From the NCBI GenBank assembly GCA_964514105.1, contig CAZEPJ010000003.1, positions 41,736 through 105,735 on the forward strand: a stretch of 64,000 nt of DNA, given 5' to 3'. This document shows positions 47,814-57,128 of the stretch, in pieces. A model generated the notes under the pieces. It searched no databases and had not been told where the DNA came from. It was given only the letters and a program-made list of their open reading frames with translations. How positions within the stretch are numbered: the first letter of the stretch is position 1; the number at the start of each line of letters is the position of its first letter. The DNA is from an uncultured Desulfarculaceae bacterium. GTDB taxonomy: Bacteria; Desulfobacterota; Desulfocorpusculales; Desulfocorpusculum. The position numbers and the translations under genes were made by a program.

Positions 47814-48773
47814 TCACTCCTGAAACAGGTCCACCGGTCCGCCGCCCGCCGCCACCACGGGCGGGGTCGGCCGCTCGTTGACGTGGAGACGGAACACGTC
47901 GGGGCGGGCATAATGGCCCACCACATCGAAGTCGTACTTGCCGCGGGTGATATCGGCCATGTCGAGATCCGCGGTGAGGATGCACGGTCCCTCGAAGTTG
48001 GGACCCGCGAGGACCTTTCCGAAGGGATCCACGATTCCACTGCCCCCGCGCATGATCACTGCAGCGGGGTCGTTTCCCTGGATGGCGTCGTAGTCTTCGG
48101 GACAGTCCGCCCGGCGCAGATACTGGCAGCAGGTAAGGACAAAGCATCGCCCCTCCAGGGCGATGGTCTGCATGGTGGGGAGCCAGGTATCTCGGTCATC
48201 CGCCGTGGGGGCGCAGTATAGCTGAATCCCCTTGGCATACATGGCCATGCGCATCATGGGCATGTAGTTCTCCCAGCAGATCACCGCCCCCACCCTCCCC
48301 AACGGGGTGTCGAACACGGGCATGGTGGACCCGTCTCCGTAGCCCCAGATTAGGCGCTCCATGGCCGTGGGCATGAGCTTGCGGTGCTTTCCCAGGAGCC
48401 GGCCGCCCGGCGAGAAGAACAGCACCGTGCAGTACAGGGTACCGCCTCCTCGCTCGATGACCCCGATGACCAGGTGAATCGAGGCGTCCTTGGCCGCATC
48501 GGCCAGGGCGTCCGTGGCCGGGCCCGGGACCTCCACGGCGCTGTCAAAGTAGCGCCGGAAATCCTCCCGCCCTCGGGGGAGCCGGAGCCCCACCCGGGCC
48601 CCGAAGTCGAGCCCTTTGGGGTACGCCGAGACAAAGGCCTCTGGAAACAGCACGAGCCCGGCCCCCTGCCGCGCGGCTTCGCCTGCCAGATGGGCCACCT
48701 TCTCGAGGGTCGCCTCCCGGTTGAAGACAACCGGCGCGTCCTGCACCACCGCCACCCTGACCGTCTGGTCCAT
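47814..48773 (-). CDS. Nitrilase/cyanide-hydratase family carbon-nitrogen hydrolase
   Basis: GGAGGGAGGG RBS, begins MDQTVRVAVVQ. The catalytic triad context is present (FPEAF with the Glu; RKL; VICWEN with the Cys). Confidence 0.85.
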   Translation of the reverse strand: MDQTVRVAVVQDAPVVFNREATLEKVAHLAGEAARQGAGLVLFPEAFVSAYPKGLDFGARVGLRLPRGREDFRRYFDSAVEVPGPATDALADAAKDASIHLVIGVIERGGGTLYCTVLFFSPGGRLLGKHRKLMPTAMERLIWGYGDGSTMPVFDTPLGRVGAVICWENYMPMMRMAMYAKGIQLYCAPTADDRDTWLPTMQTIALEGRCFVLTCCQYLRRADCPEDYDAIQGNDPAAVIMRGGSGIVDPFGKVLAGPNFEGPCILTADLDMADITRGKYDFDVVGHYARPDVFRLHVNERPTPPVVAAGGGPVDLFQE

Positions 48774-48866
48774 ATCCCTCCCTCCGAACTCGCTCCCTTG
48801 GGTTCTCGCCGGGACACGCGCCCCGGGCGGCTCCGGGACGCGGGCGGGCATCGGAAACCCCGGGAT

Positions 48867-49445
48867 TCACCCGAACCGCCGCAGGACGATCTCCTCCAGC
48901 CGCCGTTTGGGCACGTGGTGCACGCCTTCCGGATCCCGGTAGTACTTGATGTCCTGTCCCGGCTCCATGTCGTCGACTACCACCTGCTCCGCAGGCCTTC
49001 CCAAGGCCACGACCAGCAGGATCTCGTACCGCTCGGGGATCTCCAGGATTCGCCGGAGCGCCTCCCGGTTGATGGTGGCGATCATGCACCCCCCGAAACC
49101 CCGCTCCACGGCCCCCAGGAGGATGTTCTGGCACGCGATTCCGTGGTCCACGCCGGCGCTCTTGGAGATCTCCGTGTCGAGAAGGACCACGATGTAGGCC
49201 GTGGGACGCTCCCCATCGGCCGGCCCCGGCCAGCCCTTGAGGTAGGCCGCCCAGCCCAGTGTGGGGAAGATGGCCTGATTGGTCCCGGGGTCACAAGACA
49301 GGATGTACTTGAGCGGCTGGAGGTTGGCGCCGCTGGCCGAGAGCCTGGCCAGCCCCACGAGTTCGTCCAGGAGCTCCCCTGGCACCCGGTGGATCTGGTC
49401 GAATCGCCGGTAGCTCCGCGTCCTGCCGATGAGTTCCTTGAGCAC
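48867..49445 (-). CDS. Nitroreductase-family protein
   Basis: GTG start after a GGGGAGGAG RBS. LKELIGRTRSYRRF is a typical nitroreductase N-terminus, with a flavin-binding fold through the C-terminus. Confidence 0.75.
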   Translation of the reverse strand: MLKELIGRTRSYRRFDQIHRVPGELLDELVGLARLSASGANLQPLKYILSCDPGTNQAIFPTLGWAAYLKGWPGPADGERPTAYIVVLLDTEISKSAGVDHGIACQNILLGAVERGFGGCMIATINREALRRILEIPERYEILLVVALGRPAEQVVVDDMEPGQDIKYYRDPEGVHHVPKRRLEEIVLRRFG

Positions 49446-49619
49446 GCACACCTCCTCCCCCGGGTCGGTTTCCCCTTTGCCCGGGTCCGTCGTGTCGTCG
49501 GCCAGCCTATCAAACCCGCAGCGGGTGGACAAGGGCGCAATACCACCTCCCGACGGGGCGGCAAGAGGTGGGCATCCGATCTCCAATGTGCTACACATAT
49601 AGGGTAAAGGAGGAGGAGG

Positions 49620-50756
49620 ATGCAGCTTGCGCCGGAGCTCCTGATCGCCATGATCACGGAACATCCCTGGGGGGTGCCTGTCCGGGATATGGAGGCCCTC
49701 TTGGCCCTGGGAGAGGCCGGCGTGGAGCCCATCATCCGGTTCCTGGGCGAGGATGGGGCGGCATCGGGAGGGGACAAGGATCTCCTCTGGCCACTGGTGG
49801 TCCTGGGGGAGATGAGAGACCCGCGGGCCGTCCCCACGTTACTGGCGCTCCTGGGGCGGACCGCCGATGGGGAGCTGTCCGTGGCAGCTGCCGAGGCTCT
49901 GGCCAAGCTGGGCCGGCCAGCTGTGGCCCCCCTTCGCCGTCTCCTGGATGGGGACGCGGCGCCGGAGACCCGCATCCTAGCCTATGGGGCATTGGCCGGC
50001 ATGGATTTGCCCGAGGCGTGGGAGATCCTGGCGGAGGCGCTGGAGGCGGACCCCGAGGTGGATTTTGCCGTGGCCCGATGCCTGGCCGAGCGAAACCTGC
50101 CTGACGACGTGACCCGGGTTCACCGCGTCTATTGCACGGCGGAGCCGTGGAAGCGGCCGGCCTTGGAGGCGACCCTGGCGGGCATGCTGTCGGGTCAGCC
50201 GGCGTGGCCGGTGGCCCGCCGCGACTGGCGGCTTCGCTACCGGAGAGAGCCCCGCCAGGACCTCCGGATCCCCGTGGCCTGGCTGGAGGTGATGCTCCTG
50301 ACCTGGCAGTCCCGCCGGGATATTCCTGCCGCCGGCGGACATCCGGCCCGAACCCTGGAGGATCTGCGCCGCCGGGAGACTTCAGACCCCCGGGACCACA
50401 ACGCGTGTCCGGATTGCGGAGAGCCCTTCCGAAGCCCCACGGGCATCCGGCTTTGCAGCGAGGTGGAGGAAGACCTCATCGCCTTCCAGTTGGAGCGAGT
50501 GCGTGGCTGGGTACGGGATCGTTGGGAGGACATCCACGAGGTGCTGGACGAACTGGACCATCAGGAGATGGAGGCACTCCAATGGCCCGAGGCGGATGAT
50601 CAAGGGCGGGCGCAGAAGATGGAGGCCCTGGACAGCATCGAGCTGCTCAAGGACACCCTGTGCTGGATGGTGGAGGAGGGCCTGGACGGCCTCTCCAAGG
50701 GCGAGGGGCGGCTCTGGACAGCGCTCCAGCGCGCCCGATCCAGAAAACGCGCATAG
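49620..50756 (+). CDS. HEAT-repeat (PBS-lyase-type) protein
   Basis: Very strong RBS (AAAGGAGGAGGAGG). Repeated DPRAVPTLLALLGRTADGELSVAAAEALAKLG-type HEAT units in the N-terminal half; the C-terminal half is unassigned. Confidence 0.6.
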   Translation: MQLAPELLIAMITEHPWGVPVRDMEALLALGEAGVEPIIRFLGEDGAASGGDKDLLWPLVVLGEMRDPRAVPTLLALLGRTADGELSVAAAEALAKLGRPAVAPLRRLLDGDAAPETRILAYGALAGMDLPEAWEILAEALEADPEVDFAVARCLAERNLPDDVTRVHRVYCTAEPWKRPALEATLAGMLSGQPAWPVARRDWRLRYRREPRQDLRIPVAWLEVMLLTWQSRRDIPAAGGHPARTLEDLRRRETSDPRDHNACPDCGEPFRSPTGIRLCSEVEEDLIAFQLERVRGWVRDRWEDIHEVLDELDHQEMEALQWPEADDQGRAQKMEALDSIELLKDTLCWMVEEGLDGLSKGEGRLWTALQRARSRKRA

Positions 50757-50768
50757 GAGGTGCCCGCG

Positions 50769-51104
50769 ATGCCCATCTACGAATACGAGGCGGCGGATGC
50801 CGCGCCGGGATGCAGGCAGTGCTCAGAGGGATTCGAGGTCCTGCAGGCCCTGTCCGATCTCCCCCTGTGCCACTGTCCGTCCTGCGGCGGCCCCGTCCAC
50901 CGCAGGATCTCCCTGGTGCGGGTAGTGGTGCCCGGTGGGGCGTCGGGCAGGGATCCGGTGGAGCAGGAGGTGGCGGGCTACGAGCGGCAGGGCATGTGGA
51001 GCCACGCCGCGGAGCTGGCGGACAAGGTGAGCGAGAAGCCCGAGCGCGCCCACCTCAAGGAGCGGGCTATGGAGAACTACAAACGGGCCGGGTACGATGT
51101 CTGA
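50769..51104 (+). CDS. FmdB-family zinc-ribbon protein
   Basis: MPIYEYE...CRQC...FEVLQALSD...CHCPSCGG, the canonical FmdB CxxC...CxxC. A TAGGAGGTG RBS lies 7 nt upstream. Confidence 0.7.
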   Translation: MPIYEYEAADAAPGCRQCSEGFEVLQALSDLPLCHCPSCGGPVHRRISLVRVVVPGGASGRDPVEQEVAGYERQGMWSHAAELADKVSEKPERAHLKERAMENYKRAGYDV

Positions 51105-51161
51105 TGGCGGGGTCGGCGGGCCTGATCCTCGGATCAGGCCCATGGGCGAGGAGGAGTGATC

Positions 51162-51758
51162 ATGGCGGAGAAGATCCCCACGCGCGAGGAGGCCTGGGCC
51201 CTCCTGACCGAGTTCAACCAGGGCGAGAGCCTCATCAAACACGCCCTGTGCGTCGAAGGGGTCATGCGCTACATGGCACGCAAGCGGGGCCAGGACGAGG
51301 AGAAATGGGGCATCATCGGGTTGATCCACGACCTGGATTACGAGCGATTTCCGGACCAGCATTGCCGCAAGACGCCGGAGATCCTCGAACAGCGGGGTTG
51401 GCCGCCGGATTACATCCGCGCCGTGGTCTCCCACGGCTGGGGGCTTTGCGCCGACGTGGAGCCCGTCAGCGACATGGAGAAGATCCTGTACGCCATCGAC
51501 GAACTCACGGGGTTGGTCACGGCGGCGGCCCTGGTGAGGCCGTCCCGGAGCGTCCTGGACATGGCCCCCAAGTCGGTGAAGAAGAAATGGAAGGACAAGG
51601 CCTTCGCCGCCGGGGTCAACCGTGCGGTCATCGAGAAGGGTGCCGCCATGCTCGGCATGGACACGGGGCAGCTCATCGAGGACACCATCATGGGCATGCG
51701 GGAGGTGGCCGACGCCGTCGGCCTGCGGGGGACCCCCGGGGCCGGCGGGGAGGGCTAG
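51162..51758 (+). CDS. HD-domain phosphohydrolase
   Basis: HALCVEGVMRYMA...GLIHDLDYE places the H...HD metal ligands correctly. GAGGAGGAG RBS. Confidence 0.8.
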   Translation: MAEKIPTREEAWALLTEFNQGESLIKHALCVEGVMRYMARKRGQDEEKWGIIGLIHDLDYERFPDQHCRKTPEILEQRGWPPDYIRAVVSHGWGLCADVEPVSDMEKILYAIDELTGLVTAAALVRPSRSVLDMAPKSVKKKWKDKAFAAGVNRAVIEKGAAMLGMDTGQLIEDTIMGMREVADAVGLRGTPGAGGEG

Positions 51759-51806
51759 CGCAGGGGCCCCCGCAAGGGGCGGAGCCGGGCTCGGCGCATG
51801 GCCGCC

Positions 51807-53072
51807 TCAGGCGGGCCTGGATTGGAGGATCTCCCAGACCGCCAGGAGCTGGTCCTCGATGCGCTCCCTGGGGAAGTTGGACGGATCGCTCAGGTCGGCC
51901 TCCAGATTGACCAGGCGAACCCCTTGGGCCCCCAGGCGGTCCTTGATGACCTGCAGGGCCCCGTTGGATTGACGGCAGGGCAGGTGCCCGAAGTGCAGGG
52001 CCGCGTCCACGCGGTACTGCCGGGCCAGCGCGGCGGCCGTCTCCGCCCGACGCTCCACCGGGCCCATGAAGGGGTTGGACAGCATGCGGCGGGCGATGGC
52101 CGCAAGGGGGCTGCCCTCGTCCACGGGTTCCCAGTAGCAGTGGCTGAACTCTTCCATGACGATGCGGCCCCCCCGCGCCTCCAGGAACGGGAAGATGGAG
52201 ACGTCGTACGTGGGGCTGGCCATGAGCCATAGAAACCGCAGGGTCTCGGCTGGGACGGCCCCCTCCCTCTGCGCCGCGAGGAACTCCTGCTCCAGCCGCC
52301 TGTAGATCTCCTCGGCCGCGGGGGTGCCGTACAGCAGGCTCCCCATGAAGCTGAACGAGAACCCCCGGTTGCCGGGAAGGAGGGGCGAGGGCGTCCCCTT
52401 TCGCAGCTCGTTGAAGCGACTCATGGCCGCGGTCATATCTTTAAAGGCCCGGAGGGGCCCCGCCAGGAGCCCCTGATCCGCAGGCATCCCGGCCAGGTCG
52501 GCCAGCCGCGCGTAGATCTCCCTCAGCTGGGACTCCAGGTACGCCCTGGCCGCCGGGGTATCCTCCATGGGCATGTCCACAAGGAGGTACTCCACGCCGT
52601 ACCGCTCGGCCATGAATTCATTGACCTTGGCCTTGCCGTCGCAGTAGTGGGAGCTGCTCACGAGGAGATCGGGTCGGGGCAACTGGTCCAGGAGGGCCGC
52701 GCCCAGGGCCAGCCGATGCACCGTGCACGTGTCCTGAGGCACGGCCGCACGGTCCGCGGCCCGCAGGAGGGAGGCCGACTGGTTGGCCGCTGACAGCAGG
52801 CCGGCATAGATCTCGAAGTCCACCGGGATGAGCCCCAGGGCCGCGATGAGCTCCATGGGAAACACGTACGCCGTGGTCCATACAACGGGCGCCCGGCGCT
52901 CGAAGGCCCGAACCCCCTGACGGGACACCTCGCTCAAGAGCAAGCCCCAGGCCGACCCACCCGCGGCCTCGCTGCGCCGGTGTGTCTGGTGGATGAGCCG
53001 CAGGATCCGCTCAAAGGTGGGGGTCCGGCCGCTGCGCCCCGAAACGGAATGGTCTGTACTCATGACGCGCAT
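51807..53072 (-). CDS. 2-hydroxyacyl-CoA dehydratase / benzoyl-CoA-reductase-type subunit (HgdB/BcrC/BadD-like)
   Basis: About 420 aa with the conserved Cys context of the HGD-D family (SSSHYCDGKAKVNEF, EEFSHCYWEP). It is paired with the adjacent paralogous subunit. Start is ATG 53063 or 53072. Confidence 0.75.
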   Translation of the reverse strand: MRVMSTDHSVSGRSGRTPTFERILRLIHQTHRRSEAAGGSAWGLLLSEVSRQGVRAFERRAPVVWTTAYVFPMELIAALGLIPVDFEIYAGLLSAANQSASLLRAADRAAVPQDTCTVHRLALGAALLDQLPRPDLLVSSSHYCDGKAKVNEFMAERYGVEYLLVDMPMEDTPAARAYLESQLREIYARLADLAGMPADQGLLAGPLRAFKDMTAAMSRFNELRKGTPSPLLPGNRGFSFSFMGSLLYGTPAAEEIYRRLEQEFLAAQREGAVPAETLRFLWLMASPTYDVSIFPFLEARGGRIVMEEFSHCYWEPVDEGSPLAAIARRMLSNPFMGPVERRAETAAALARQYRVDAALHFGHLPCRQSNGALQVIKDRLGAQGVRLVNLEADLSDPSNFPRERIEDQLLAVWEILQSRPA

Positions 53073-53095
53073 CCCTGAATCCACGGGCCGGGGCG

Positions 53096-54196
53096 CTACA
53101 CCCACGGCTCCTGGAGCATCTCGGCGAAGGCCTCGATCCTCACCCGCAACGGCCCCAGGCTTCCCTCCACATAGTCGTTCTCCAGGATGAGCAGGGGGAT
53201 CCCCTTCTTTTCGAGGTGGGGCTTGAGCAGGGGAAGGTCCAGTCCGCTCTGGTCGCAGCACTTGAGCTGAACAGCGATGACTCCCTGGACGCCGGCCTCC
53301 GCCATGACACGGTCCAGACGGGCCATCCGGAGGCCGTACCCCTTCATCCTCGGGCACGGCCACTTGGTGAGGTACCGTTGGGCCAGGGCCTGGAAGGGGT
53401 CGCGGTCCTCGGCCACGTCCCCGTCGAAATGCCTGGCGCCCATGCACTCGTCCTCGACCACCAGGTTGAGCCCGGCCCCCTCCATGAGCCCGATGAGGCC
53501 GGGCTGGTCCAGCATGGTGGAGGTGAGCAGGACCCTGGGCCCTTCCCCGAGGGTGGGCCTCCCGGCCATGAGAACCGATCGCTCCCGGGCCACGGCGCGG
53601 AGCATGGACTCGGTGGGATCGGCCAGCCACCGGCGGACCCAGTCATGGACCCGGCTGTACGGGAGGCGTCCCGGCTCCCGTCGCTGGGCCTCGAAGACCT
53701 CCCGGAAGAAGGCCCGGAAGCGATTCATCCCCGCGATGGCCTCCCAGAGGTTGTCAGCAAGGACGGGGCGGGGGCCCTCCTGGCTCAGGTCGTGGGCCCA
53801 CGCTGCCAGGACCTGGGCAAAATGGGCCACGGCCGACGGCGACGAGTTCTTGGGAAGGTCCAGGAGATGCAGGCGGCCGGGGAGGTACGCCTTCCAGAGG
53901 TCGTGCAGCCGGAGCAGGGCGTCGCAGCAATGGACAAAGGCCAGGGCCCGGGGAGGAGCCTCGGATCCAGCGGCGAAACGCTGGAAGACGGCCCGCACAA
54001 ACGGGCACAGGAGATGATAGATCCGCGGATCCTGCCTTCTGGAAAGGGCTTCTGCGCCCGAAAGCCTCACCGGCAGATATCCTGCGGCCAGGGCGATCTC
54101 CACCGGGGTGTAGGAACAGAACCACCCCAGGGCGGGCCGCTCCGCTGGCAACGCGGTGGAAAACGACTCTCTTCCCGTGAAGGCATGTGGGCTCAT
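53096..54196 (-). CDS. 2-hydroxyacyl-CoA dehydratase-family subunit (HgdA/BcrB/BadE-like)
   Basis: About 366 aa (FCSYTPVEIALAAGYLPVRL..., CDALLRLHD, QLKCCDQSGLD), as in the D-component family. It is co-oriented with the partner subunit, 24 nt away. Confidence 0.75.
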   Translation of the reverse strand: MSPHAFTGRESFSTALPAERPALGWFCSYTPVEIALAAGYLPVRLSGAEALSRRQDPRIYHLLCPFVRAVFQRFAAGSEAPPRALAFVHCCDALLRLHDLWKAYLPGRLHLLDLPKNSSPSAVAHFAQVLAAWAHDLSQEGPRPVLADNLWEAIAGMNRFRAFFREVFEAQRREPGRLPYSRVHDWVRRWLADPTESMLRAVARERSVLMAGRPTLGEGPRVLLTSTMLDQPGLIGLMEGAGLNLVVEDECMGARHFDGDVAEDRDPFQALAQRYLTKWPCPRMKGYGLRMARLDRVMAEAGVQGVIAVQLKCCDQSGLDLPLLKPHLEKKGIPLLILENDYVEGSLGPLRVRIEAFAEMLQEPWV

Positions 54197-54527
54197 GGGG
54201 GCCCCCGGGCAGCCCACCGGAAATCCGGTCGGGCGTGTCTCGTGGCATACGAGATCTTATCACGGAAGGGACCAATTGGTAACCGAGCTCGGGCGTGGTG
54301 CCCCCCGGCCGGGCAGCCCATCTCCGATCCGTGCAATGGATGCCGTGACGCTGGGCGGCATGGGGGCTGCCGAGGAACGGCACCCGGAGGCTCGATTCAG
54401 GGTTTGGTTGACCCCAAATGCCCGTGGGAGGACGTCTTAAGCCTTGGCATGCAAGTTGCATGACCCGTCAACAAGACCTGATGTCGGGGGGTGCAGCCCG
54501 GGACCCCCGGAAGAGGGAGGAGGTTTC

Positions 54528-56060
54528 ATGGCCGCAATGGGCGCGCGTTCCGCAAGAGGCATCCTGTTCTGTCTGCTGGGGACCATGGTCTTGCTGGGGA
54601 CCCTCGTGACCGCAACCCTGCTGGGCCCCCCCGCGGTCCTGGCTCAGGCCCCTACCAAGGAGCTCGAGCTGAGGCTGGAGGTCCTGCGGGAGGAGATCGC
54701 CCGCCAGGGGCTGAGCTTCGAGGTGGCATACAGCCCGGCCATGGACTACGCCATCGAGGAGATCTGCGGCCTCAGGGAGCCCCCGGACTGGCGACAGAAG
54801 GCGTTGATCCTTGAGCCCACGCCCCTCAAGGCGTTGCCCACCCGCTTCGACTGGCGAGACCTCAACGGGACCACGCCGGTTCGCAACCAGGGAGGGTGCG
54901 GCTCCTGCTGGGCCTTCGCCACGGTGGGAGTCCTGGAGAGCCTTGTCCAGATCCAAGAGGGAACCACCGAGGATCTCTCCGAGCAGTACCTGGTGTCCTG
55001 CAACAACGACGGGTGGGACTGCGGCGGCGGATGGTTCGCCCATGACTATCACGGCTGGGACTACGTGGCCGGGGAGACGGGGCCCGGGGCCGTGCGGGAG
55101 GCGTCCTTCCCGTATCAGGCCAGGGACCTGCCCTGCAACCCGCCCCACCCGCACCCGTACCGCATCGAGTCCTGGGCCACCCTCTCCTGGGGTGTTCCCC
55201 CGGTGGAATCCATCAAACAGGCCATCTACCAGCACGGGCCCGTGGCCGCCGCCGTGGCCGTAGGCTCGGGCTTTCAGGCATACCGAAGCGGGATCTTCGA
55301 CCTGGACGAATCGTCCCGGGGGATCAATCACGCCATCGTGCTGGTGGGGTGGGACGACAACTACTGCGCGGACGGCAAATGCGCGGGGGTCTGGATCCTC
55401 CGCAACAGCTGGGGCAGCGGATGGGGCGTGGGGGGGTATATGTACATCAAGTACGGCACCTCCCAGGTGGGCTATGCGGCCAATTACGTCGTGTTCCAGG
55501 CCACTCCCTCGGCCAAGGTGGCCCCGTCCGAGGGAACCGTGGGCAGCCGGGTGCGGGTGACGGGCTCGGGCTTCGGCGACGCCAAGCCCAAGCTCTATCT
55601 GGAGTACTTCAACGCGGCCAAAGGAACCACGGTCAAGCGATTCTTCACCCCCCTGGAGTGGAGTCCCACCTCCATCCTGGCCGCGTGGCAGGCCAAGCTG
55701 GGCGCCGGGACGTACGGCATGCACCTCCAGCCCACATCTCCCGAGGGGGCCGCCCCCCTGGACCTGGGCCCCTTCACCATCGCCTCTCCCATCATCGCGG
55801 AGGTGCTGCCCGCCGCCGGGACGGCCGGGGATGTGATCACTGTCCTGGGTCGATACTTCTCCACGGCCAAGAAGACCCTCTCCCTGCAAAACCCCGTGAC
55901 CCTCAAGGCCAAGAAGATCAAGGGAGGCACCTGGTTCATGGATCCCGAGACGGGTGACAGCAGCGTCCAGTTCGTGGTGCCCGCCAGGCCGCCCGGCCAG
56001 TACAACCTGACCATCCGGAACCGGGTCGGGACCGCATCCATCCCCTTCACCGTGCAGTGA
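54528..56060 (+). CDS. Secreted papain-family (C1A) cysteine protease with C-terminal beta-sandwich (TIG/IPT-like) domains
   Basis: GGGAGGAGG RBS and a signal peptide. The catalytic blocks are present: QGGCGSCWAF (Cys), NHAIVLVGW (His) and NSWGSGWG (Asn/Trp). About 200 aa of beta-rich repeats follow (VRVTGSGFGD..., VITVLGRYF...). Confidence 0.85.
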   Translation: MAAMGARSARGILFCLLGTMVLLGTLVTATLLGPPAVLAQAPTKELELRLEVLREEIARQGLSFEVAYSPAMDYAIEEICGLREPPDWRQKALILEPTPLKALPTRFDWRDLNGTTPVRNQGGCGSCWAFATVGVLESLVQIQEGTTEDLSEQYLVSCNNDGWDCGGGWFAHDYHGWDYVAGETGPGAVREASFPYQARDLPCNPPHPHPYRIESWATLSWGVPPVESIKQAIYQHGPVAAAVAVGSGFQAYRSGIFDLDESSRGINHAIVLVGWDDNYCADGKCAGVWILRNSWGSGWGVGGYMYIKYGTSQVGYAANYVVFQATPSAKVAPSEGTVGSRVRVTGSGFGDAKPKLYLEYFNAAKGTTVKRFFTPLEWSPTSILAAWQAKLGAGTYGMHLQPTSPEGAAPLDLGPFTIASPIIAEVLPAAGTAGDVITVLGRYFSTAKKTLSLQNPVTLKAKKIKGGTWFMDPETGDSSVQFVVPARPPGQYNLTIRNRVGTASIPFTVQ

Positions 56061-56105
56061 GCTCGCAGCGGTCGGGGGGTCCCTGGATCCCTCGACCGCG
56101 CCCCG

Positions 56106-57017
56106 TCACGAGGCCCCTCGCTCCTTCACGAAACCGTCCGCCAACCGCCGAAGCGCGTCTCGCTCCCCGGCCAAGACCCAGGAGGCCGCGTCATCCAGCA
56201 TCCCGCGGTCCCGGGGGTCGCACGAGGCCAGCACCCGCTCGGCCTCCGGGGGAAGGGGCGGGGGAAAGACCCCCTGCGATGGCTTCAGGGCGCAAAAGGG
56301 GATCCAACCGCCCCGGAGCCTCGCCACGGGCCCGCGGGCAAAGGGACCTGCGGGCATCCCCCAACGGGCCGTGTGCAGCCGGAACAGGGCCGACAGGAGG
56401 AGGACCACGCACAGGAGGATCTGGAGGAATTCCTCGTCCGGCAGGCCGTCCCCAGGCCCGGCACCCCCCCGTTGTCGTGCCAGGCGGCCGACTCCCCAGC
56501 GGGCCCGGCCCATCTCGAGGAGGCAAAGGCATCGGCCCATGGCCCGGCAGCACCCCTCCTGGGGGCTCTGGAGGGACGCGATGCGCTGGAGCAGGCCGTC
56601 GATCAGGGCGCGCAACCGGTCCCCCCGGGACAGGGCGGCCAGTTGAGGAGCATCCCTGCCAATGAGGGCGGCCACCGCATCGGCCCGGGACTTCCCGCCC
56701 GGGGTCGGCCCCCATGTGCCCCGGATCCGACGGGCCGCCTGCCGGCGCCGCCTGATCCGCGCCCGTTCCGCGGCCAGGACGGCGGCCCGAAAGAAATAGA
56801 GGGCGGCCCCGCCCATGACAAGGACGCCCAGCGCGCGGGTGGCATCCGGACGCGAGGCGCTCAGTTCCCCGGCCAGGAGCAGCACCCACAGGACCCATCC
56901 TGCCCAGTAGATCCATCGCCACAGCCGGCCGTCTCGGCCGGCCAAACGCTCCCACGATCCCATGGCGGACTCCGGCAACCCCTGGGGCTCGGCCCCACAG
57001 GCCCTCCACGGGCCCAT
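56106..57017 (-). CDS. Hypothetical membrane protein (3 predicted TM helices, Arg-rich loops)
   Basis: Hydrophobic segments WRWIYWAGWVLWVLLLAG, ALGVLVMGGAALYFF and FLQILLCVVLLLSALF. Divergent from the MFS gene. Start is uncertain: M at 57017 or 56963, or the ORF start at 57077. Confidence 0.4.
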   Translation of the reverse strand: MGPWRACGAEPQGLPESAMGSWERLAGRDGRLWRWIYWAGWVLWVLLLAGELSASRPDATRALGVLVMGGAALYFFRAAVLAAERARIRRRRQAARRIRGTWGPTPGGKSRADAVAALIGRDAPQLAALSRGDRLRALIDGLLQRIASLQSPQEGCCRAMGRCLCLLEMGRARWGVGRLARQRGGAGPGDGLPDEEFLQILLCVVLLLSALFRLHTARWGMPAGPFARGPVARLRGGWIPFCALKPSQGVFPPPLPPEAERVLASCDPRDRGMLDDAASWVLAGERDALRRLADGFVKERGAS

Positions 57018-57128
57018 TCTAATTCCCCGGGGCGGCCCTGGCCAGACTCCTCCATCTTGCCTTTTCCCCCCATGCAAACCCTGCTAACATGGGGACGGTT
57101 TCGGCCGCATCGGCTCCGCGAGTGGGCC

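Noticed and set aside
48906-48922. Sequence TGGGCACGTGGTGCA resembling a sigma54 -24/-12 element (GG-N10-GC)
   Set aside because: It lies inside the 3' end of the nitroreductase coding sequence on the wrong strand for any downstream gene. It is most likely a chance match.
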